Positions 1 to 9,049 of a stretch of 64,000 nt of DNA are shown in pieces. Source of the DNA: a bacterium (GTDB lineage Bacteria > Patescibacteriota > Patescibacteriia > SG8-24); NCBI GenBank assembly GCA_021824285.1, contig JAKAKZ010000003.1, positions 571 to 64,570 of the forward strand, read 5' to 3'. The notes beneath the pieces are model-generated. The model was not told the DNA's origin. It ran no database searches and worked only from the letters and a program-made list of their open reading frames with translations. Position 1 is the first letter of the stretch. Each line of letters starts with the position of its first letter. The position numbers and the translations under genes are program-made.

Positions 1-215
1 TCGCGCCTGCGGGCGCGAATTTCGTTTTCGGAGCTTTCAGCCAGGAATCGGACCGCTCAACCAGGCCTTTGCGACGGCGGCTAATCGGCACGCTTATTTT
101 TTGCTATAATATATGTAGTGGCTTTCTCAATGGCCTTTTATGCCGCAGGACGGGTATCCAGCCTGTTTTGCGCCGCGAATCATTCTTGAGCCGATTTCCG
201 GGATTTCCGCCCAGT

Positions 216-1670
216 ATGCGCCCCACTAAGCGAACCAAGATCGTCTGCACCATCGGTCCTGCCTCGAACCAGCCCGATATCCTGGGCCAAATGGTCGCGG
301 CCGGCATGAATGTCGCGCGCCTGAACCTGTCGCACGGCACGCACGAGGAGCACGCGGCCATGATCAAAAGCCTTCGCCAAGTCGGCGAAGAGACCGAAGA
401 GCCGCTGGTCGTGCTGATGGACCTGCAGGGTCCGAAGATCCGTACCGGCCTGCTGCCGAAGGAAGGCGTGGAGCTGAAAGAGAAAGGCGAGGTCGTATTC
501 ACGACCGAACCGAACGCCCAGCTGCCGCGCATCACGCTCACCTACGACGGCCTGCACAACGACGTCAAACCCGGCGACCGCCTCCTGCTGGACGACGGAC
601 TTTTCGACGTGCGCGTGACCAAAGTCCAGGGGCGGGACATTTTCTGCGAGGTGGTGCACGGCGGCGTCCTGTTCTCGCACAAGGGCATCAACCTGCCCAC
701 GGCGACGCTTTCCATCCCGGCCATCACGGACAAGGACAAGGCGGACGTCGCTTTCGGCGTGAAGCAGGGCGTGGATTGGGTGGCCCTGTCTTTCGTCCGG
801 AACGCCAAGGAGATCTTCGACTTGCGCTTCCTCATCCAGGAGCACGAGCGCGAGTTGGGGTCGGAACGGGTGCACGAGCCGCCGATTCGCATCATCGCCA
901 AGATCGAGAAGCACGAGGCCGTGCGGCACATCGACGAGATCATCGATGCGGCCGACGGCATCATGGTGGCCCGCGGCGACTTGGGCATCGAAATGCCGGC
1001 CGAGGAGGTACCGCTGATCCAAAAGCGCATCATCGACAAGTGCCTGGCCGCCGCCAAACCGGTCATCGTGGCCACGCAGATGCTGGATTCCATGACCCGT
1101 AATCCGCGGCCGACGCGCGCCGAAGTCTCCGACGTCGCCAACGCGGTCATCGACCACACGGACGCGGTGATGCTTTCCGGCGAGACGGCCAACGGCAAGT
1201 TCCCGGTCGAGACGGTGGAGACCATGGCCCGCATCATCCGCGAGACCGAGAAATCGCGCTACGACAACGTGGAACCGCCGTCGCACCTCGTCTTCGAGAC
1301 CAAGGGCGACACGGAAAAGGCCGTTTCCCAGGTGGCCAACATCCTGGCCCGGGGCACTGGCGCCAAACTTATCCTCGTCGCCTCGCTCTCCGGCGAAACC
1401 GGCCGTGTCGTCAGCCGGCACCGTCCGGAACTGCCGATTCTCGTGGCGACCGACAGCGCGCGCGTCCGCTTCCAGATGAACCTCTCGTGGGGCATCGTGC
1501 CTTTTATCCTGCCGCGTTGCCGGACCGTGGAAGAATTGGTGGAACGGTCCGTCGGCTACGTCAAAACCAGCAAATTGGCCAGGGTCGGCGACCGCATCAT
1601 CGTGGTAGCCGGCGAGCCCGTCGGCGTGACCGGCGGCGTCAACTTGGTGGAAATCAGGGATATAAAATAG
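216..1670 (+). CDS. pyk: Pyruvate kinase
   Basis: Motifs RTKIVCTIGPAS, ARLNLSHG, DLQGPKIR, IMVARGDLG, ATQMLDSM, MLSGETA. ATG at 216 chosen over the TTG at 69. Confidence 0.97.
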   Translation: MRPTKRTKIVCTIGPASNQPDILGQMVAAGMNVARLNLSHGTHEEHAAMIKSLRQVGEETEEPLVVLMDLQGPKIRTGLLPKEGVELKEKGEVVFTTEPNAQLPRITLTYDGLHNDVKPGDRLLLDDGLFDVRVTKVQGRDIFCEVVHGGVLFSHKGINLPTATLSIPAITDKDKADVAFGVKQGVDWVALSFVRNAKEIFDLRFLIQEHERELGSERVHEPPIRIIAKIEKHEAVRHIDEIIDAADGIMVARGDLGIEMPAEEVPLIQKRIIDKCLAAAKPVIVATQMLDSMTRNPRPTRAEVSDVANAVIDHTDAVMLSGETANGKFPVETVETMARIIRETEKSRYDNVEPPSHLVFETKGDTEKAVSQVANILARGTGAKLILVASLSGETGRVVSRHRPELPILVATDSARVRFQMNLSWGIVPFILPRCRTVEELVERSVGYVKTSKLARVGDRIIVVAGEPVGVTGGVNLVEIRDIK

Positions 1671-1751
1671 TGGCTGGTGGTTAGTGGCCAGTGAATGGTG
1701 ACGACGGGGCCGATAACGGCACCAGTCACCGGACACCAGCCACCAACTACC
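1668..1751. repeat. Inverted clusters of degenerate 7-mer repeats (TAGTGGC/TGGTGGT ... ACCAGCC/ACCAACT)
   Basis: Seen directly in the pyk-ppsA spacer; the two clusters are roughly complementary. Confidence 0.7.
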
Positions 1752-1772
1752 GCTATACACCGCACTCGATTT

Positions 1773-4166
1773 ATGTACGTCAAGAAATTCTCCGAGATTG
1801 ACATGAAGGACGTCGGCGAGACCGGCGGCAAGAACGCTTCGCTCGGCGAGATGGTGCGGAACCTGGTGCCGCGCGGCATTCGCGTGCCTGACGGCTTCGC
1901 GGTCACGGCTACCGCCTACTGGCGGTTCCTGGATGCGTCCGGCCTGCGCGAGAAGATCGCGGCGGAGCTGGCCGGCCTGGACGTGAGCGACGTGGATCAG
2001 CTGGCCGACAAGGGCAGCCGCGTGCGCCGACTCATCCTGGGAGCGGAAACCCCTGATGACCTGCGGGAGGCCGTTGCTGCCGCCTACAAGGAACTCTGCG
2101 CCAAGTACGGTCCGGACGCTGACGTCGCCGTGCGCTCTTCGGCCACGGCCGAGGACCTGCCGGGCGCGTCGTTCGCCGGCCAGCAGGACACCTACCTGAA
2201 CATCCGCGGCGAAGCCATGCTGCTCGACGCCGTGCGCCGCTGCATCGCTTCGCTCTTCACGAACCGCGCCATCGCCTACCGCGTGGAGAAGGGGTTCGAC
2301 CACATGAAAGTCGCGCTCTCCGTCGGCGTGCAGAAGATGGTCCGTTCGGACAAGGCCTGCGCCGGCGTCATGTTCACCATCGACACGGAGACGGGTTTCG
2401 AGAACGCCATCCTGATCAATGGGGCCTACGGACTCGGTGAAAGCGTGGTGCAGGGCAAGGTGACGCCGGACCAGTTTTACGTCTTCAAGCCGTTTTTGGA
2501 TGGTGAACTCCGGCCGATTATCGGCCGTAGCATCGGTTCCAAGGAAACGCGCATCGAATACAGTCTTGAGGGCAGCGATACGGTCAAGACCACGGCGGTA
2601 CCGCCGGAGATGCGCAACCGCGCCTGTCTGACCGATGACGAGGTGCTGCAGTTGGCGCGTTGGGGCAAGCAGATTGAGGAGTACTATTCCAAGCTGGCCG
2701 GCCAGAAGCGCCCCATGGACATCGAATGGGCCAAGGACGGCGTGAGCGGCGAACTCTTCATCGTCCAGGCGCGGCCGGAGACCGTGCAGTCCGAGCGCGA
2801 TCGCGCGGTGCTCGAGGAATACGTGCTCAAGGAGAAGTCCGAGGTCCTGGTCAAGGGACTGTCCGTGGGTTACAAGATCGGCAGCGGCAAGGTGCACGTC
2901 ATCAACGACACGCGCGACATGGCCGCGTTCAAGGAGGGCGAGATTCTGGTCACGGAAATGACCGATCCGGATTGGGTGCCGATCATGAAGAAGGCCGCGG
3001 CCATCGTCACAAACAGCGGTGGACGCACCTGCCACGCGGCCATCGTCTCGCGCGAGCTCGGCACGCCGGCGGTCGTCGGCTGCGGCAACGCGACGGCGGT
3101 CCTCAAGACCGGCATGGAGGTGACCGTCTCCTGTGCCGAAGGCGAGGAGGGTTTCGTGCACAAGGGCCTGCTGCCTTTCGAGATCCGCAAGACCAAGATC
3201 GCCGATTTCGCGCGGCCGAAGACCCAGATCCTCATGAACGTCGCGGAGCCGGACATGGCCTTCGACTATTCCTTCATCCCGAACGACGGCGTCGGCCTGG
3301 CGCGCATTGAGTTCGTCTTCTCCAACTTCGTGAAGGCGCACCCGTTGGCGCTCATCAATTTCGACCAGCTGCCGGAAGGGGAGGCGAAGGCGCAGATCGC
3401 CGAGCTGACCGCGAGCTACGGCGACAAGCAGCGGTATTTCATCGAGCGCCTGGCCGAGGGCGTCAGCCGGCTGGCGGCGGCCTTCTGGCCCCGCGAGGTC
3501 ATCGTGCGCACCTCCGACTTCAAGAGCAACGAGTACGCCAACCTGATCGGCGGGCCGCTCTACGAGCCGACCGAATCCAATCCGATGATCGGCTGGCGCG
3601 GTGCCTCGCGCTACTACGATCCGAAGTACAAGGACGCCTTCGTGCTGGAGTGCGCGGCCTTCCGCAAGGTGCGCGACGAGATGGGCTTCAAGAACGTCAC
3701 CATGATGATCCCGTTCTGCCGCACGCCGGAAGAGGGCAAGAAGGTGCTGGCCGTCATGAAGGAGGCCGGACTGGAGCGCGGCAAGAACGGCCTGAAGGTC
3801 TTCGTCATGGTGGAGATTCCCTCGAACATCATCCTGGCGGAGCGCTTCGCCGAAGTCTTCGACGGTTTCAGCATCGGTTCGAACGACCTGACCCAGCTGA
3901 CCCTCGGCGTGGACCGCGATTCCGCGCTCGTGGCGCGCCTCTATGACGAGCAGAACGAGGCGGTACTCGAGTCGATCCGCCGCGTCATCAAGACGGCCAA
4001 GGCCAAGGGCGTGAAGATCGGCATCTGCGGCCAGGCGCCATCCGACTACCCGGAGTTCGCCGAATTCCTGGTGAAGGAGGGCATCGACAGCATCTCACTC
4101 AATCCGGATACGGTCCTGCGCACCTCGCTCGTCATCGCGGAGATGGAGAAGAAACTGGGGCGGTAG
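1773..4166 (+). CDS. ppsA: Phosphoenolpyruvate synthase
   Basis: GGKNASLGEM, VAVRSSATAEDLPGASFAGQQDT, phospho-His motif GGRTCHAAIVSRE, FSIGSNDLTQL, ICGQAPSDYP. Confidence 0.97.
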   Translation: MYVKKFSEIDMKDVGETGGKNASLGEMVRNLVPRGIRVPDGFAVTATAYWRFLDASGLREKIAAELAGLDVSDVDQLADKGSRVRRLILGAETPDDLREAVAAAYKELCAKYGPDADVAVRSSATAEDLPGASFAGQQDTYLNIRGEAMLLDAVRRCIASLFTNRAIAYRVEKGFDHMKVALSVGVQKMVRSDKACAGVMFTIDTETGFENAILINGAYGLGESVVQGKVTPDQFYVFKPFLDGELRPIIGRSIGSKETRIEYSLEGSDTVKTTAVPPEMRNRACLTDDEVLQLARWGKQIEEYYSKLAGQKRPMDIEWAKDGVSGELFIVQARPETVQSERDRAVLEEYVLKEKSEVLVKGLSVGYKIGSGKVHVINDTRDMAAFKEGEILVTEMTDPDWVPIMKKAAAIVTNSGGRTCHAAIVSRELGTPAVVGCGNATAVLKTGMEVTVSCAEGEEGFVHKGLLPFEIRKTKIADFARPKTQILMNVAEPDMAFDYSFIPNDGVGLARIEFVFSNFVKAHPLALINFDQLPEGEAKAQIAELTASYGDKQRYFIERLAEGVSRLAAAFWPREVIVRTSDFKSNEYANLIGGPLYEPTESNPMIGWRGASRYYDPKYKDAFVLECAAFRKVRDEMGFKNVTMMIPFCRTPEEGKKVLAVMKEAGLERGKNGLKVFVMVEIPSNIILAERFAEVFDGFSIGSNDLTQLTLGVDRDSALVARLYDEQNEAVLESIRRVIKTAKAKGVKIGICGQAPSDYPEFAEFLVKEGIDSISLNPDTVLRTSLVIAEMEKKLGR

Positions 4167-4204
4167 GATTGTGGAGTCTGGAGTTTGAAGTCAGGAGTTA
4201 AAGC

Positions 4205-4232
4205 AAAAAATCGCGCCTCCGCGCGATTTTTT
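4205..4232. terminator. Bidirectional intrinsic terminator after ppsA
   Basis: AAAAAATCGCGC-CTCC-GCGCGATTTTTT. Confidence 0.8.
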
Positions 4233-4323
4233 ATATTTCATTAAGGCTGCCCGCCCCCACACTTCCCACTTCACACTCCCTTTGGTAGGTTGAAGCGGTC
4301 CTTTACATCCTGGGAGACCGGCG

Positions 4324-5208
4324 ATGAGCTGGCTCGAAATCCTGCGCCTTCGGGCGGTCCGCCGCAAGTTTCTGATGAACGGCGCCATGATCGCCCTGCA
4401 CTTGGCCCTGGCAATCGGCCTGTACCTGCTCGCCTGGCCGACCAAGGGCTTGGGCACGGCCGCCCTGACGGGGTTCGCCGCCTTCTTTTTGCTCATCACC
4501 ATCCTGCAGGTGGTCGTGCCGCCGATGAGCATCATCCGCAAGGTCCAGCGCTGGCCGGTGACCAGGCGCGAGCTGTCGCCCATCTATTGGGACGCGGCGC
4601 AGCGGGCCGCCGAACGGCTCAACATTGATGTGCCCGGCCTCTTCGAGTTCGACATTCCCGGAGCGGCGGCCCTAAGCTGGGATTTCGCCTTGGCTCGGGG
4701 AATCGGCGTCGAACGCGCCCTCACGTCCGGCTCAATCGGCAGCCAACCGGTGCTCGAAGCCATCGTAGCGCACGAGTGCGCGCATCTGAAGACGTCCGAC
4801 ACCTCTTGGTCCTTGATCGCCCAGAACTGCGCCGGGCTGGCGTTTCTCTTCGCCGACTTCCTGGCTGCATTCGGAGCCGTTCGACTCGTCTTTTTCCACG
4901 GCGGGCTGCTGGAGTTCGTCTGGATCGGCTGCGGTTTTGCCGTCTTCCTGTACCGGCGCCTCCTGTATTGGCGCCTGTGGATGCGGATGCTGCACCTGCA
5001 CGAGTTCTCTTGTGATGCTTTGGCCGCAGAAGTGATCGGCAGCCCCTCGCAAGCCGCCGCCGCCCTACTGCTCCTGGAGCTGCGGGCGGAGAACATCCGC
5101 CTCATGCGGCGGATGGCCGGCCTAGAGGCTCCGGAGCCGGAAGGGAGGGTCTTCCGAACCCATCCACCGGTCGAGGAGCGCGTGGCCGCGCTGCTCGCCA
5201 AACGCTGA
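4324..5208 (+). CDS. M48 (HtpX-like) membrane zinc metalloprotease
   Basis: Several TM segments, AHECAH (HExxH), HEFSCD, C-terminal THPPVEERV. Confidence 0.85.
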   Translation: MSWLEILRLRAVRRKFLMNGAMIALHLALAIGLYLLAWPTKGLGTAALTGFAAFFLLITILQVVVPPMSIIRKVQRWPVTRRELSPIYWDAAQRAAERLNIDVPGLFEFDIPGAAALSWDFALARGIGVERALTSGSIGSQPVLEAIVAHECAHLKTSDTSWSLIAQNCAGLAFLFADFLAAFGAVRLVFFHGGLLEFVWIGCGFAVFLYRRLLYWRLWMRMLHLHEFSCDALAAEVIGSPSQAAAALLLLELRAENIRLMRRMAGLEAPEPEGRVFRTHPPVEERVAALLAKR

Positions 5209-5283
5209 CCGGTCCGTTCTGGGCCGGTTTTTTGCTTTTGGCGGCGGACAAAAAAGACCGCGCGTGGCGGTCTAACTAAGTCT

Positions 5284-5607
5284 TCAGCATTCGTCGATCG
5301 GCTTGAGCGCGAGCACCCGCTCGCAGAGGTCGAGGAACATGACCTGCGTCCGGTTGGTACCGAACCCGTCCTTGACCGTGCCGCGGATGTCCGGGTGCTG
5401 GTAGGCCAAGCAGTCGCGGAAGTGGACTTCCAGCACGCCCAAGACCTCCTCGGACTTGCCTTGGTCCGCGGCGTGCATCAGGACGTTGGTGACGTCGTAG
5501 GACAGCTGCGGGCCGTAGTTGCGGAAGACGGTCAGGCCGCGCTCCCAGTGGGCGAGCAGGCGGTTGCAGACCAGCTCCTCAAAAAGCTGTTCGTTGATTT
5601 CGTGCAT
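5284..5607 (-). CDS. Hypothetical protein (107 aa)
   Basis: Coding-like GC3 bias, GGAGG upstream (5615-5619), hairpin terminators downstream. Confidence 0.75.
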   Translation of the reverse strand: MHEINEQLFEELVCNRLLAHWERGLTVFRNYGPQLSYDVTNVLMHAADQGKSEEVLGVLEVHFRDCLAYQHPDIRGTVKDGFGTNRTQVMFLDLCERVLALKPIDEC

Positions 5608-5733
5608 GACCCTACCTCCAAGGTACGGTTAGTTGGTCAGTGGCTCCAACTATCTCGCGTCTTATCAGGATGTAGGCCGGCCGTCAATCGGCAAAAGAAA
5701 TCGCCCCACCCCTATGGGGTGAGGCGATTTCTC

Positions 5734-5781
5734 TGGCGGGTCCCTCCGTTCGCGAACGGAGGGACGTGTCCGAAGGGATTC
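5734..5781 (-). pseudogene. Degenerate copy of the tRNA-Asp 3' end interrupted by a 26-bp perfect palindrome
   Basis: Plus strand TGGCGGGTCC...GTCCGAAGGGATTC matches 5950-5969; palindrome GTCCCTCCGTTCG|CGAACGGAGGGAC at 5740-5765; own terminator hairpin at 5696-5732. Confidence 0.75.
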
Positions 5782-5909
5782 CTCCTCACCCGCGCTCGCT
5801 CGGTGCTGTTGCCCGCGCTCGCGCTCCTTCGGAGCCCGCCGCTCCTCGGACGGCCATACTAGGCAGTCCTCGGAGTCGGCTTCGAATCCCTTCGATACCC
5901 GCGCGTCAA

Positions 5910-5948
5910 AACAAAGACGCCCCGCCACAAGGGCGGAGCGTCTTTGTT
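5910..5948 (-). terminator. Terminator hairpin downstream of tRNA-Asp
   Basis: AACAAAGACGC-CCCGCC...GGCGG-AGCGTCTTTGTT, followed by a T-run on the minus strand. Confidence 0.75.
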
Positions 5949-5949
5949 C

Positions 5950-6027
5950 TGGCGGGTCCGAAGGGATTCGAACCCTCGGTCTTCTCCGTGACAGGGAGAC
6001 GTGTTAACCGGGCTACACCACGGACCC
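5950..6027 (-). tRNA. tRNA-Asp (GTC), CCA encoded
   Basis: Minus strand folds into a cloverleaf: acceptor GGGTCCG/CGGACCC, anticodon arm TCTCC-CTGTCAC-GGAGA, T-arm GAGGG-TTCGAAT-CCCTT, GCCA end. Confidence 0.97.
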
Positions 6028-6270
6028 ACGCTTTGCTATAAGCCAGTCGATATAACTTTTCCGTTTCTTTTGTTTGATGTCGTATTCTCGTCTTTTTGCC
6101 TCTTGCGACGAGGGGAAGATCTCCGTGTAGACCAGTTCCCATGGACCCCTTCCTCTAGTGGCAAGACTTCTTTCCGAATTGTGCTCAAGCAATCTTCGGG
6201 TGATATTTTCGGTAACCCCGATATAATATCTGCCCTTACTGTTTTTTATTACGTAGAGGGTGGTAATCAT
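6013..6270 (-). CDS. Small GIY-YIG nuclease (UPF0213/SLX1-like)
   Basis: LYVI...YYIGVTENITRRLLEHN...TRGRGPWELVY...AKRREYDIK; AT-richer than neighbours; stop codon lies inside the tRNA 5' end. Confidence 0.9.
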   Translation of the reverse strand: MITTLYVIKNSKGRYYIGVTENITRRLLEHNSERSLATRGRGPWELVYTEIFPSSQEAKRREYDIKQKKRKSYIDWLIAKRGSVV

Positions 6271-6276
6271 AAGTCC

Positions 6277-6336
6277 CGAACCCTCGGTCTGGCCGCAGTA
6301 CTGCGGCCCGTGTTAACCGGGCTACACCACGGACCC
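6277..6336 (-). pseudogene. Partial tRNA-Asp copy (5' acceptor strand to T-loop) with the anticodon arm replaced by an 18-bp perfect palindrome
   Basis: Identical to the tRNA on both sides of GGCCGCAGT|ACTGCGGCC (6291-6308); lacks the 3' T-stem and acceptor strand. Confidence 0.85.
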
Positions 6337-6357
6337 ACACGTAAACTGCGCTTGGCC

Positions 6358-6386
6358 ATTGTAGAGTAAGGTCAGAAAAATATCAA
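6358..6386 (-). promoter_or_regulatory. Sigma70-type promoter for the pseudo-tRNA/GIY-YIG/tRNA-Asp unit
   Basis: Minus strand TTGATA-N17-TACAAT. Confidence 0.65.
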
Positions 6387-6508
6387 GCCCCCAGCGGGGC
6401 GGGTCTGGTTTCGGCTTGGCCGGTTGGCGATTGCTCTAATTGGTCCTTTTGGCTGGCGTAAGACATCAAAAGAAAATCCCCGACACCAAGCGGTGTCGGG
6501 GAAGAGGT

Positions 6509-7678
6509 TCATTTTTTCGGGAGGCAGCCGAACGTGACCGTGTTGCGGTCCGCAGAGACCCGGACGATCCGGTCGCAGACCAGCTCGCGCTGGACGGCGG
6601 CCGGCGCGGGTGCGGCAATCGAGGGTTGGCTCTGGAAGGCCAGCCGGGCCAGGCCGTACGCCGATTGGCGCATGCCCGCGCTCATGAGCCAGAACAGTCC
6701 GGCGATCATGACCGTGGCCGCCACGACGATGAGCGGCGCCAACCAGCGCGCCGGCCGCATGGACGGCGGCAGCGGTTCGGGCTTCTCGTCCTTGACCGCC
6801 GCGACCGTCTCGGTCGGTTCGTCCTCCTGAAAGAAGGACTCGGACTCGATGGTGTCGTTGTCCGGCACCGGCTGGCTGACGTCCGATTGCGGCAGGGCGT
6901 CCGGCGAAGGTGCCGCGGCGGGCGGCTCGGGCGGTTGGGGCGCGAGCGCCGTGTCGTCGGTCTTCGACATCTCCGTCGGCACCGGCACGGGATCGGTCTC
7001 GGTCACGGGCTCGGGCTGAACGTCCGGGTCCGTCATCGGAGCGGTCTCCGTTCCGGCCGACTCGGCCGTCGGGGCCTCCGGCTGATCCTGCTGGTCCATG
7101 GAGGACCGCATGATCCGGTCCGGAATCGTCGGCACGGGAGGAGGGAACTCCTCCGTGTCCGACAGATGCGCCGCGAGCACCGCGTCGATCTCATCCGGCA
7201 CGGCGGCCGTGATGACCGGCAGGGCAGGCTCGACCGAAGTGATGATTGGCGGCAGGGGCAGGCCATCGGGCTCGCCCGGCACGTCGATGACATCGGCGGG
7301 ATTGGCCATCGGCACGTCATCGTCGACGTCCGGATCGGCCGTGTCCTCGCTCGCGACCGGAATCACCTCGCCGCGGAACTTCGCGGTCAGGTGCCGGCCG
7401 TTCTTGTCCTTCACCGTGCAGGTGATCTCGTACGGTCCAGGCTGGTCGGCCAGGAGCAGGCAGCTCGACTGGGCCGTCGGCTCGTCGGAGTTCAGCCCGT
7501 GGATCGTCGTCTGGTCCTGGCTCACGTCGATGACGACGCTGCCGGAACGGACGTTCCATACCGTCTTGACGCCGTTGGCCACGTTGCCGTCATCGTCGCT
7601 GACCCGCAGCGCGAGCTCCTCGCTGAACTTGCCCGACATGATCTTCTGGCCGTCGCCGGCCATTTTCTTGATTTTCAT
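6509..7678 (-). CDS. Hypothetical membrane protein: N-terminal Ig-like domain, acidic Pro-rich linker, one C-proximal TM helix
   Basis: KKMAGDGQ...LRVSDDDGN start resembles bacterial Ig-like domains; P/D/E/T-rich middle; TM WLAPLIVVAATVMIAGLFWL. Confidence 0.75.
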   Translation of the reverse strand: MKIKKMAGDGQKIMSGKFSEELALRVSDDDGNVANGVKTVWNVRSGSVVIDVSQDQTTIHGLNSDEPTAQSSCLLLADQPGPYEITCTVKDKNGRHLTAKFRGEVIPVASEDTADPDVDDDVPMANPADVIDVPGEPDGLPLPPIITSVEPALPVITAAVPDEIDAVLAAHLSDTEEFPPPVPTIPDRIMRSSMDQQDQPEAPTAESAGTETAPMTDPDVQPEPVTETDPVPVPTEMSKTDDTALAPQPPEPPAAAPSPDALPQSDVSQPVPDNDTIESESFFQEDEPTETVAAVKDEKPEPLPPSMRPARWLAPLIVVAATVMIAGLFWLMSAGMRQSAYGLARLAFQSQPSIAAPAPAAVQRELVCDRIVRVSADRNTVTFGCLPKK

Positions 7679-7752
7679 CTTCAGCTCTCTTTCTGCAGTT
7701 CGTTGAAGGAAGGGCGTTCCCGCGGAATCGTGCGGGAACGCCGGCGGCCGGT

Positions 7753-8181
7753 CTACTTGTAGTCCACGAGCACCTGGCAGTCCCAGGTGACGCTCGTGCC
7801 CTTGACCCGCGCGTTCTTGAGCGTGCACTTCTGGAAGTCCACGCGCTTCGGGGTCGGAATGTTGACCAGCACCAGATCATGGTCGTCGGCTTCGGTGGGG
7901 GAAGAGGCAGCCGTCGGCTTGTCGGCCTTGGCGTGCTTCTTCGTTCCCTTCGCCGCATGGCTGGACTTCTTCTTGTCGACGTTCGGCGGAGCTGGCAGTT
8001 TGGCGTTGGCCGAACCGTCGGTTCCGTCTTCCGGCACGAGAGGCGCAAGCGCCTCAGAATCCGGGATGGCCACCTTGGTCGCGGTCTTGGTTTGGCCGCG
8101 AAAGCCGATGACGAGCACGACCGCGATGACGGCGAGAACGGCGAGGATGACGAGGAAGTACGGCTGCATCTTCTTGTCCAT
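7753..8181 (-). CDS. Hypothetical N-terminally anchored protein
   Basis: N-terminal TM helix, GGAGG at 8188-8192, upstream TTGACA-N17-TAAGTT. Confidence 0.75.
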   Translation of the reverse strand: MDKKMQPYFLVILAVLAVIAVVLVIGFRGQTKTATKVAIPDSEALAPLVPEDGTDGSANAKLPAPPNVDKKKSSHAAKGTKKHAKADKPTAASSPTEADDHDLVLVNIPTPKRVDFQKCTLKNARVKGTSVTWDCQVLVDYK

Positions 8182-8361
8182 TTTTTGCCTCCACTTGTGA
8201 ATGTGCGTCTCCCTTGAGAAGGGCGTCCGAACATGGTTCGGAACCGGATAACTTAGCAGGTTTTTGCGGTTTTGTCAATAATGGCGCAAAGCCCAAGCAA
8301 GCCCATTTCAGACGAAAACCAAAACCGCCCCGAATGCGGGGCGGTTCAGCTGGTTTCTGGC

Positions 8362-8709
8362 TTATTTCTTCGCCATGCCCACGACCGCTTTGAAGGCGGC
8401 GGGGTACTGGTTGGCGAGCAGCGAGAGCACCTTGCGGTCAATCGTCACATTGGCCTTCTTGAGAGCGCCGATGAGCTTGGAGTAGCTCCAGCCGTTCTCG
8501 CGGGCCGCGGCGTTGATGCGCAGCTGCCAGAGGGCGCGCATATCGCGCTTCTTCAGGCGGCGGTCGCGGTAGGCGTTCTTGCCGGCCTTGAGGATGGCGA
8601 TACGCATGAGCTTCATCTTGCTCTTGCGACCCCACATGTAGCCCTTGGTTTGGGCCTTCAGGTTGCGACGGACTTTGGCATGGATTGTTCCGCGTTTGAC
8701 ACGAGGCAT
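8362..8709 (-). CDS. rplT: 50S ribosomal protein L20
   Basis: MPRVKRG...AYRDRRLKKRDMRALWQLRINAAAR...DRKVLS. Confidence 0.98.
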   Translation of the reverse strand: MPRVKRGTIHAKVRRNLKAQTKGYMWGRKSKMKLMRIAILKAGKNAYRDRRLKKRDMRALWQLRINAAARENGWSYSKLIGALKKANVTIDRKVLSLLANQYPAAFKAVVGMAKK

Positions 8710-8826
8710 ACTGGTGGGAGTTTGTAGTGTGAAGTGTGGAGTGTGAAGCGGCGGTGGTGGGGAGTTATTGAGCGTGGAGTTTGGGCTCCAAACTTCACGC
8801 TCCACGCTCCACGCTTCCGATAGGCT

Positions 8827-9012
8827 TTACGCCTGGACCAGCTTCTTAATGGTCTTGGTGAAAGTCTCCGACATCTGGCGGTCGCGGCGCTTATTGCGGG
8901 TGACCTTACCGGATTCGCGGGAATTGAAATGGTCCTGGCCGGCGGCGCGCTTGAGCACCTTGCCCGACTTGGTGATCTTGAAACGCTTAGAAATGGCTTT
9001 GTGGGTCTTCAT
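8827..9012 (-). CDS. rpmI: 50S ribosomal protein L35
   Basis: MKTHKAISKRFKITKSGKV; lies between infC and rplT. Confidence 0.96.
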   Translation of the reverse strand: MKTHKAISKRFKITKSGKVLKRAAGQDHFNSRESGKVTRNKRRDRQMSETFTKTIKKLVQA

Positions 9013-9049
9013 ACTTGCTATATAGGCCGGGCAACCCGGTTCGGGGATA

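Noticed and set aside
180-3341. 1053-aa minus-strand ORF opposite pyk and ppsA
   Set aside because: Antisense shadow of GC3-biased genes; no motifs; both plus-strand genes are unambiguous.
6028-6336. Group I intron with homing endonuclease in tRNA-Asp
   Set aside because: The tRNA is intact and the insert has no room for a ribozyme core outside the ORF; the structure is a duplication.
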